A stretch of DNA of 14,550 nucleotides from an uncultured archaeon (GTDB lineage: Archaea; Asgardarchaeota; Lokiarchaeia; Sigyniarchaeales; SOKP01). Every line of letters starts with the position of its first letter. Position 1 is the stretch's first letter. The notes below the pieces were generated by a model. The model was not told the DNA's origin, ran no database searches, and was given only the letters and a program-made list of their open reading frames with translations. Position numbers and translations under genes: made by a program. Location of the stretch: contig CAZBPC010000086.1 of assembly GCA_964493715.1 (NCBI GenBank), forward strand, positions 1-14,550, written 5' to 3'. Positions 1 through 7,258 of the stretch are shown in pieces.

Positions 1-7
1 TTGAATC

Positions 8-445
8 ATGCCCAAGTATGCTTATTGTGATATATGCAAAAAAGAAATAAGCGATCCAACACGCAAACCCATGGAAACGTTTACAAAAGTAATTTGGGTC
101 CTTCTAATTATTGCCTCTTTAGGAATTCTTACTATAGTTTTCATAATAATATATGCTAACAAGCCAAAACATTTTTGTCCTACCTGTTTTTCCAAGTTAA
201 GATTTACGAGTGAACCGATTAAATCTGAAAAGGAAGAAGAGAAAGAACTCATGGCTAATTTATCATCTAAAGAGAAAATCCTGAGAAAAACAGAAAAAGC
301 CCAAGCTAAGAGGAGATCGGGGGAAAAAGTAGCATTAAAGCAAGATGATGATGACGATGTTGAAGGGGATACTTATTGCGAGTTTTGCGGGGAAGCCATC
401 TCGTTTTCCGATACGAGATGTCCCTATTGTCATTCAAAACTATAA
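8..445 (+). CDS. LITAF-like zinc-ribbon membrane protein with a second C-terminal zinc ribbon
   Basis: CDIC (aa 7-10), one hydrophobic segment (aa 28-49), then HFCPTC (aa 55-60), which is the CxxC-hydrophobic-HxCxxC layout of LITAF domains. A charged linker and an acidic DDDDD run follow, then CEFC...CPYC at the C-terminus. Confidence 0.7.
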   Translation: MPKYAYCDICKKEISDPTRKPMETFTKVIWVLLIIASLGILTIVFIIIYANKPKHFCPTCFSKLRFTSEPIKSEKEEEKELMANLSSKEKILRKTEKAQAKRRSGEKVALKQDDDDDVEGDTYCEFCGEAISFSDTRCPYCHSKL

Positions 446-591
446 TTCACTTTTTATTAACTCCTATTTTATTAATATATCAACTACATAAATATTTAAA
501 GAGCAAAAACATTCAAATAATCTAAAATGGATAGAATTATTATATTTCAAATTCTTATCTTATTTTAATTACTAATTCAAGAGGATATATT

Positions 592-1362
592 ATGGCAAGA
601 AAAGCTAGACGAGCACCAAAAAAACCAGTTGACCCATTAGCAGAATATAGCACTTGGGACCTTAGGATTGCGAAATCGATATATTATGGAGTCATCCTTG
701 CTTCAATCATTACAGTCTTGGGAATCTGGCTAACTATTATGGGTTGGTTAGTAGAAACGAAGAGAATTGATGAAATTTTAAGTTTAGGACCGGGTATAAT
801 GGCATTGATTATCATAGGTATCATAGCCGGTCATATGTTCTTACTTGTCCTTTTTTACACCTTATTCCGAGGAGGAATACTCAAATTGTGCAGAAGAATC
901 TTTAAGGATAGATTGATTGCGAAAAAATATGAAGATTATTCTACGCTCAGGCTACTTCTAGCAGTTACCTTGATAGTTGTCTATATGTTCGTGATCACCT
1001 TGATCGTCTATATTTTACCATCATTTTTCTGGAGTATCGTTGCAAATTTTTGGCTTTATGTAATCTATAACTTTAACCCCGGTGAATGGGTGTTATTTGT
1101 AGGGGTGGTGATGTTTATCATCATTCTATTAATTTACCTTGGATTCGTCATATGGAACCATGGAGTGTATGCCGTTCTCAAACGCGTGAAGAGAATTGAA
1201 GAAGAACAAGAGATTGACGAAGTTATCAAAATTGAAGGGTTAAAAGAGGCCGATGAAGAAACTCTCATGGAAACGTATGAAAAACAAACTGGAAAGCATG
1301 CTCTTTATCGAGGTAAAGAGACGAATGGGTATTTAAATTGGAAAAAGAAAGTATTAGGATAA
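592..1362 (+). CDS. Hypothetical multi-pass membrane protein (about 4-5 TM segments, internal two-fold repeat)
   Basis: 256 aa ORF with an ATG start preceded by GAGGA. It has a basic N-terminus, long hydrophobic segments and a charged C-terminal tail. No family recognised. Confidence 0.8.
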   Translation: MARKARRAPKKPVDPLAEYSTWDLRIAKSIYYGVILASIITVLGIWLTIMGWLVETKRIDEILSLGPGIMALIIIGIIAGHMFLLVLFYTLFRGGILKLCRRIFKDRLIAKKYEDYSTLRLLLAVTLIVVYMFVITLIVYILPSFFWSIVANFWLYVIYNFNPGEWVLFVGVVMFIIILLIYLGFVIWNHGVYAVLKRVKRIEEEQEIDEVIKIEGLKEADEETLMETYEKQTGKHALYRGKETNGYLNWKKKVLG

Positions 1363-1405
1363 AAATTAAAAATAAAAAGATTTTTCATAATTTTTTTTTA
1401 TTATA
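1363..1405. terminator. Probable bidirectional oligo-T termination region between convergent genes
   Basis: A T9 run at 1391-1399 on the + strand follows the stop at 1362. A-tracts at about 1361-1378 are T-tracts on the - strand, downstream of the stop at 1406. This fits archaeal oligo-T termination. Confidence 0.5.
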
Positions 1406-2329
1406 TTACCGACGCATCATTCGGGGGTTTCTAAAAAGCATTAGTTCAGTTCTTGGAATGACATAATCACTAGTTCCACTGGATTTCATCTTCCTATACA
1501 AGCGTTTGATTAACTTTTGGCTATCATCCATGAAGTTGCAAGCGATTCCAAAAAGGATCATGTAATTCTTAAAAACTTTATCTTTCGCATAATCCTTGTC
1601 GTAAATCTCAATCGCATATTCTTTTTGTATTGGATGACCGTCAATGCGTGCAATCAAAACATTACCGATATAAATCTTATAATTTCTCCCCGGTCCCACT
1701 ACTCCTTTCGCCATTACCATTTGAAGTTTGTCATCCTTCTCTTCAGGTAAAAGGGGAAAAGACCATCGAGAACCTATGAGTCTCCATCCCCGACAACATC
1801 GTATCAAATTAATGACACCTGGTACTTGGAAGAAAAATACGGGAGCAGCGTGCCTTATTTCATAACTTTGAATTAAACTATGAGCTATACTTAATTCTAC
1901 GCCTCCCTTAAAATTGCCTCCCTTAGGTAGAGAATCCATTGATTCCTCCATGATAGTAAAAAATCGACAGACAAACCTCTTTTCTTCAAGAGGTTTTTCT
2001 TCCCAATCTTCTTTATTGAATGCAATAACGTATTTCTTCTCGCCATCAACCTCAATAAGACCTTCCATATCGAAATTCTTGGAATACCATCTAGTCTTCG
2101 CTTGGTACTTAAGTTGTTGATGGATACCTAATTCTTCGTCATGGAGTCTTGTTCTCCAGAAGTTTACTAACATTTTTAAATGTACGATTTTAGAGGCATC
2201 AGCTTCTGGTTCTGCTCCAGCAGCTGCTTTTTTTGGCTTTTGTTTTCCTGAAGGTTTTGCACGAGCTTTTTCTCTAGGTTTTTTAGGTTTCTTTTCTTCA
2301 ATTTCTTCTATTGGATCTTCTTCAGTCAT
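1406..2329 (-). CDS. Hypothetical protein with K/E-rich disordered N-terminus and putative Tubby-C/LURP-one/scramblase-like barrel domain
   Basis: The ORF track start at 2338 is GTG; the ATG at 2329 (MTEEDP) is preferred. The C-terminal pattern KGVVGPGRNYKIYIGNVLIARIDGHPIQKEYAIEIY...YMILFGIACNFM resembles the final beta-hairpins and hydrophobic helix of LURP-one/Tubby-C proteins. The family call was made by eye. Confidence 0.55.
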   Translation of the reverse strand: MTEEDPIEEIEEKKPKKPREKARAKPSGKQKPKKAAAGAEPEADASKIVHLKMLVNFWRTRLHDEELGIHQQLKYQAKTRWYSKNFDMEGLIEVDGEKKYVIAFNKEDWEEKPLEEKRFVCRFFTIMEESMDSLPKGGNFKGGVELSIAHSLIQSYEIRHAAPVFFFQVPGVINLIRCCRGWRLIGSRWSFPLLPEEKDDKLQMVMAKGVVGPGRNYKIYIGNVLIARIDGHPIQKEYAIEIYDKDYAKDKVFKNYMILFGIACNFMDDSQKLIKRLYRKMKSSGTSDYVIPRTELMLFRNPRMMRR

Positions 2330-2512
2330 ATTTTTCACATATTCTTATTCTTTTTTTAGACAATCTTAAAATTAAATTCTCCAGATTGTTTTTAATTTTT
2401 TCTTAAAATATTGTTTAACTATAAACAAATAATTACAAATTTAAATTTATAATCTTTTATCTTTGATATTATAAATAGAAGAAAATAGAAATGTGTTAAT
2501 TTCGAGTTTTAC

Positions 2513-4747
2513 CTAAAATTTGACCTCACACTTATCGCTATCACAATATCTTTCTCCTATTGCACGATCACGTGTATCTCCAAGGAATAAGGGTTGAATT
2601 ATTGAGATCATTTCTTCATATCGTTCTTTCGAGATTTCTTCATAGGGGGCTTGTTTATATCCATGATCTTTATTGGGTAAAAAGCTAACACTTTTTAGCT
2701 TGTCTTCAAAACATTCTAAGACGTGCTTGATTTGACCAGCTTCTTCTGGTTTGAATGTTATCGTGATCGATACTTGATTATCGGACCAAAACTTTTGATA
2801 ATCTGCGGCGTTCTGGGCTTGTTCCCAAATGGAAACATCATTTTTGGATCTATCGAAATATTTTTCATGAATGGGAAATTCAGCAACAACTGTATTTGGA
2901 GAATAAGCATCTTCTTCTACAACATAACCCGCCTTTTTTATTGGTTCGATTAGATCTGAATTTTTAGAAAGACGAATCCTTCGAATGTAATATTCTGAAT
3001 GAGGATAATGAATTCCTGGAGTAACTCCAGGTAATAAACTCACACTTCCACTTGGTTTAACTGTTGTTAGTTTAATTGAATGAGGAATGCAAAGCCAATT
3101 CGAGTATTCTTCGTCCAGGTCCTTTAAAAAATCATAAGCTTTATCGCACCACTCAATCATTGTTCTCCTTCCATGCTTTACGAACGCTTCGATTATCCCA
3201 GTTTGAGAAATGCCCATTCTTCGATTTTTCAACATTACGGCGTTAGTCTCCTGCCATTGCGTATTTATGAGAGTTACGCTCTTCGCATATAAATAGGCAT
3301 ACTTTAAAGTTTCTTGAAATTCCTCGTATGAATTGTGTCTCGATGGAAACGTTTCTACAAGGCAACAAAGTTCAAAGGATTCTAGAGTTTGTTCTCCACA
3401 TGGATTTACTCCCGCAGCTTTCTTATCCTTATAATCTGGTTTATCCTTCATCCTGGAATAAGCTCGTGCGTTCTCTAACCAAAAAATCCCTGGCTCTCCA
3501 TTCACTTCAATCTGTTTACTAATAAAGGAGTAATCCAAACCTTTTACAGCAAACACGGAATTATTGCTGGCCCAACGATGTGAGTATAATTTGTCTTGAT
3601 CTTGCTTGCAAGTGACAAAATCATAATCGGTGGGATCTCCTAAAGCGATTTCAGCGGAACGACGAACGTTACCGGCCACAACACATTTCCCAATTAAATT
3701 CATGATATCAACAATATCAACTGAAGTTATTGGCTCACTGATTCTAACTGTTAAAATTTTCTGAATTTCGTTTAACATATCTTTTAGTGGGTCTGGGCCA
3801 CTAGCGATTCCTCCAAATCCTCTAATTGGTTTACCTGCTGGTCTGATTTGAGAAAAATCATACGTAGGGATTTGTTTACCTAGAAAATAGGCTTCTAGGG
3901 TTAATTTAAGAGCTTCTACCCATCCTTCTCTACTATCAGGAATTTGAAAATCAAAATGACCGACTGCAGGTTTTTTAATCGTAATCTTTCCCGCTCCTTT
4001 CGTGTCAAATCCCACTCCTACCCCTAACATTAGGGCATCCATTACGAATTCGAAAGCTTTTGATACTTTTAAGTTAATGTCTTTCGTAGATGCGAATCCA
4101 CAATTGTTAAGAGACATGGATCCGTTCTTTAAGACAAATTCCGTGCCTGACATCCACAGACCCCTGCCTGGAGGCAAGAATTTAAAATTCCACATTTTAG
4201 AGAACATTATTTTGGCAGATTTCTGGGCTTTTTCGTCACTCCATGGTAAACTCAATTTAATGCAATGTTCTTTCTGAATTGAATAACACCCTTCAACAAC
4301 ACGTCTCACAGTTTCCCAAAATTCCTCTTTTCGGTTTTCTTCTTCAATTAATCGGGCATATGTTCTCTTGTAAGTGACATAACCTAACGGACCCCAATTT
4401 GGTTGAGCATCCTTGTAATTTTTTAAAAAGTCTTCATCTAATTTAAACGAGATATTTTCCAAGTTTATGGCGCGTGCAAAGAGATTACGATATTTATTCA
4501 TTCCTCTTTGCGTGAGTTCAACACATACAAGCTCTCTAATATAATTCGTCGAGATCTCATCTACTCCCAAACCGATTATTTTTCGAATGACATCTTCTGA
4601 TACTTCGGTTGCGAATCTCATATCAAGTCCCGTTTCTTTATTTAAGATCTTGGCAATATTCATTTCATCAAATTTTTTTTTCTCTCCTTTTGAATTTATT
4701 ACGAATTTTGGGAAGAGATCAGTTAATGAAAACGAGTTATCCGTCAT
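2513..4747 (-). CDS. nrdJ: Class II adenosylcobalamin-dependent ribonucleoside-triphosphate reductase (monomeric RTPR/NrdJm type) with N-terminal ATP-cone
   Basis: Motifs FLPPGRGLW, SLNNC, GNVRRSA, finger loop NPCGEQ..ELCCLVE, RRMG and TTVKPSGSVSLL, plus the C-terminal redox pair CDSDKC. The N-terminal VINSKGEKKKFD...ISTNYIRELVCVEL is ATP-cone-like. The track start at 4768 is TTG; the ATG at 4747 (MTDNSF) is preferred. Confidence 0.93.
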   Translation of the reverse strand: MTDNSFSLTDLFPKFVINSKGEKKKFDEMNIAKILNKETGLDMRFATEVSEDVIRKIIGLGVDEISTNYIRELVCVELTQRGMNKYRNLFARAINLENISFKLDEDFLKNYKDAQPNWGPLGYVTYKRTYARLIEEENRKEEFWETVRRVVEGCYSIQKEHCIKLSLPWSDEKAQKSAKIMFSKMWNFKFLPPGRGLWMSGTEFVLKNGSMSLNNCGFASTKDINLKVSKAFEFVMDALMLGVGVGFDTKGAGKITIKKPAVGHFDFQIPDSREGWVEALKLTLEAYFLGKQIPTYDFSQIRPAGKPIRGFGGIASGPDPLKDMLNEIQKILTVRISEPITSVDIVDIMNLIGKCVVAGNVRRSAEIALGDPTDYDFVTCKQDQDKLYSHRWASNNSVFAVKGLDYSFISKQIEVNGEPGIFWLENARAYSRMKDKPDYKDKKAAGVNPCGEQTLESFELCCLVETFPSRHNSYEEFQETLKYAYLYAKSVTLINTQWQETNAVMLKNRRMGISQTGIIEAFVKHGRRTMIEWCDKAYDFLKDLDEEYSNWLCIPHSIKLTTVKPSGSVSLLPGVTPGIHYPHSEYYIRRIRLSKNSDLIEPIKKAGYVVEEDAYSPNTVVAEFPIHEKYFDRSKNDVSIWEQAQNAADYQKFWSDNQVSITITFKPEEAGQIKHVLECFEDKLKSVSFLPNKDHGYKQAPYEEISKERYEEMISIIQPLFLGDTRDRAIGERYCDSDKCEVKF

Positions 4748-4997
4748 ATTTTTCCGCTCTAGACACAATATATGATTTTTTATTTGCGCGTTATTGCAAA
4801 TTTTAAAATGCTAAATTAAAATGCCTTAACCTACCTTATATTTAATGTTCAGTTGTAATATAAATTTATGGTTCACTTTTATTAGCACATTGATGAATCT
4901 CTGAAATTCTTGCTTGCTTGTTATTAATATAATCCATAATTTATATTGAAATTCTGATTTTAATATTTAACCATTTTGTTTTATTGATTGTTCATAA

Positions 4998-5030
4998 ATT
5001 AATGTCGTATTAATGTCGAAATAACGACAT
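4998..5030. promoter_or_regulatory. Putative transcription-factor operator (direct plus inverted ATGTCG repeats)
   Basis: ATTAATGTCG occurs at 4998-5007 and 5009-5018. ATGTCG-N6-CGACAT forms an inverted repeat at 5013-5030. It lies in the divergent nrdJ/dehydrogenase intergenic region next to a TATA-like run at about 5039-5050. Confidence 0.45.
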
Positions 5031-5104
5031 GATTCAAATTATATATATAAAACAAGATATTTAAAGAACAAACGGATAGTGGATTTTTGAAAATCTTGAA
5101 GTTT

Positions 5105-5119
5105 GAAATTTTATAAATA
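5105..5119 (+). promoter_or_regulatory. Candidate archaeal BRE/TATA box for the dehydrogenase
   Basis: GAAA then TTTATAAA (5110-5117), about 70 nt upstream of the ATG at 5188. The AT-rich background weakens the call. Confidence 0.3.
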
Positions 5120-5187
5120 ATAAAACTAATTCTAAATTAATTCATCAAATTGCAAACAATAAATTATAGAATAATGAGTAAAAAATC

Positions 5188-6195
5188 ATGAAGGCTGCTT
5201 TATTCGATGGTAAACATCTTAAAATTGAAGAAATTGAAGAGCCACTCATGACAGAAACTCAAGTATTAGTAAAAGTTAAAGCAGTCGGAATATGTGGTAC
5301 AGATATTGCTATATATAAAGGTCATTTGCCAACTCCTACTCCTATAATACTCGGACATGAATTTTCCGGAGAAATCGTCAAGATTGGTAAAAAAGTAGAT
5401 TCTTTCTGGCTCAATAAGCGAGTGACGGCAGAAATCAATGCTAATATTGATTTTACTTGTTTTTACTGCCAAAGAGCCATGTACACCCAATGCATTTCTC
5501 GGAAAGCACTAGGTATTGATATCAATGGTGCTTTAGCTGAATATATTGCGCTCGATTCCTATTTAATTCACGAAATTCCTGACAAAATATCATTTGAAGA
5601 GGCTACGTTTATCGAACCTTTAGCAGCTGCGTTTCAAACTTTTGTCATGATGCCGGTAGATAAGGATGATAAAGTAATTGCCATATTCGGATTAGGCAAG
5701 TTAGGACTCCTATTAGCCCAAGTTGCTTTACTAAAGGGATTAGAAGTGATTGTAATCGATGGCTCAGATAAAAAACTCAACATGACAAAAAAATGGGGGG
5801 CTCATCATTTGATTAATCGCTTTAAATGTAAAGAAATCCCTGAAGAAATTAAAAAATTAACTAAAAATTTAGGAGCAGACATCGTAGTCGATACGTCGGG
5901 GAATCCAGATTCATTACATAATGTTGTTAAGTCTTGTAGAACCAGAGGAAAGATCCACATCAAAAGCACTCATGGTCTCGAGGTACTCATGAACTTGACT
6001 GATATAGTTGTAAGGGAAATAACGATATACAGTAGTCGTTGTGGTCCATTTGAATTAGCAATCCAAGGACTTGAGTCTGGAAAGATTCAAGTTAAATCTT
6101 TAATCTCAAATGTCACTAAAATTTCTGAAGTTGAAGAAGTATTTAATTCCTATAATAAAAATAAAGATCAAATAAAAACAATTATCAGATTTTAA
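5188..6195 (+). CDS. Zinc-dependent medium-chain alcohol dehydrogenase (MDR, threonine/sugar dehydrogenase-like)
   Basis: GICGTD and GHEFSG catalytic Zn motifs, structural Zn lobe DxxCxxCx7C, EPLAAA, Rossmann GLGKLG, and KST and SRCGPF motifs. The substrate cannot be assigned. Confidence 0.92.
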   Translation: MKAALFDGKHLKIEEIEEPLMTETQVLVKVKAVGICGTDIAIYKGHLPTPTPIILGHEFSGEIVKIGKKVDSFWLNKRVTAEINANIDFTCFYCQRAMYTQCISRKALGIDINGALAEYIALDSYLIHEIPDKISFEEATFIEPLAAAFQTFVMMPVDKDDKVIAIFGLGKLGLLLAQVALLKGLEVIVIDGSDKKLNMTKKWGAHHLINRFKCKEIPEEIKKLTKNLGADIVVDTSGNPDSLHNVVKSCRTRGKIHIKSTHGLEVLMNLTDIVVREITIYSSRCGPFELAIQGLESGKIQVKSLISNVTKISEVEEVFNSYNKNKDQIKTIIRF

Positions 6196-6230
6196 TTTTA
6201 ATTACAATTTCCTTGGGAGTTTTAAGCTCA

Positions 6231-6247
6231 AGAAAGGATTATAAATA
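6231..6247 (+). promoter_or_regulatory. Candidate BRE/TATA box for the first LbH cluster
   Basis: Purine-rich AGAAAGGA followed by TTATAAAT (6239-6246), about 70 nt upstream of the TTG at 6317. Confidence 0.3.
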
Positions 6248-6316
6248 AATCATTAACGAAATTATTATAGATTAGATTTTATTTTTATTCATAATAACTA
6301 TCTAGAGAGATAAAAA

Positions 6317-7252
6317 TTGACACTCGAAGAGGATAATAACAGTACAATATTTGATGTAAATGTTCCCGACGATAGTCCCATAAACAAGGAACATATAAAT
6401 CTGCAATATCATTGGTATCTCAGTATTTTTTTTGTTATTTACTACATATCATACGTGATCCCTGGAATTGTATTCATGTACTATATCATACTGTTTTTTA
6501 TTCCGAATTTCTTAAGAATAGACAGCCTTATCACGGTTTTTACGAATATGGAGTATTTATTTTCCTTTTTAATGCTTCCCATCGTACTTTTAGCTAGTTA
6601 TTTATTCCACTTGCTTCTTGTAGGATTGATCACACGTGTTTTTTGGAGAATTACTGAAAAAATCAGTCCTTCCAAGGATGGGATCATTCCACGAAATATT
6701 GCATCTAAAACAGCTAATTTATACCATATTCGATCCTTTATGATTAAGTACGGAAAGAATGCATTCATGAAGGGAATTTTACCATGGTTATCAAATTGGT
6801 TTTTTAATTTTGTTGGAGCAAGTATCATAGAAAAGGGATCTACACTTGAAGAATCTGTTGTTAACGATAGAAATTCGATTGTGGGGAAAAATTGCTATGT
6901 TGGAGTGAATTCCGCACTATCTAGTCATTTTGTAGAAGGGATCTTCGGTAATATTGTTTATTTTAAAATAAGATTAGGAGATAATGTAACACTAGGAGGT
7001 TTTAACAATATCGCTCCCGGTTGTGAAATCAGTGATAATTCCTACTTATTGCCCATGGCAGCTGCTACTAAACACAATACTACAAAAGGAGATAATTATT
7101 ATTTCGGGATGCCTTTACGCAGAATCTTCAAAAAAAAAATAATGGAATATTTACAAGTGACAGAAGAAGATTTAGATCGTGCAGAAGAACTTCGAATGAA
7201 ACAAGAAGAGTTAAAATCTAAAATAAGCAATGAAGATAAATTGGAAGAGTGA
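6317..7252 (+). CDS. Membrane-anchored left-handed beta-helix acyltransferase-like protein, module A (copy 1)
   Basis: TTG start, supported by a similar-length acidic N-terminus in the paralog at 9652. Two long hydrophobic segments are followed by hexapeptide repeats (IVGKNCYVG, LGDNVTLG, IAPGCEISDNSYL, YYFGMP) and the loop motif SSHFVEG. Confidence 0.8.
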   Translation: MTLEEDNNSTIFDVNVPDDSPINKEHINLQYHWYLSIFFVIYYISYVIPGIVFMYYIILFFIPNFLRIDSLITVFTNMEYLFSFLMLPIVLLASYLFHLLLVGLITRVFWRITEKISPSKDGIIPRNIASKTANLYHIRSFMIKYGKNAFMKGILPWLSNWFFNFVGASIIEKGSTLEESVVNDRNSIVGKNCYVGVNSALSSHFVEGIFGNIVYFKIRLGDNVTLGGFNNIAPGCEISDNSYLLPMAAATKHNTTKGDNYYFGMPLRRIFKKKIMEYLQVTEEDLDRAEELRMKQEELKSKISNEDKLEE

Positions 7253-7258
7253 AAAGAT

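Noticed and set aside
2513-4747. Intein or intron in nrdJ
   Set aside because: The frame is continuous, the length is normal for RTPR plus an ATP-cone, and no intein splice or LAGLIDADG motifs are present.
1517-4806. Short + strand ORFs inside the Tubby-like gene and nrdJ (1517, 1914, 2723, 3328, 4002, 4587, 4609)
   Set aside because: They are antisense to well-supported genes and have no recognisable motifs.
5082-5095. Palindrome GATTTT-TG-AAAATC
   Set aside because: It is short and almost all A/T, so it is expected by chance in this background.
4769-5187. Possible cobalamin riboswitch or structured ncRNA upstream of the B12-dependent RNR
   Set aside because: The region is very AT-rich, with no B12-box-like motif or GC-rich stems visible.
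7250-7252. Selenocysteine at the in-frame TGA codons (7250 and 11551)
   Set aside because: Both lie in variable charged linkers with no Cys at the equivalent paralog position, each is followed by a good ATG, and no SECIS could be identified by eye.
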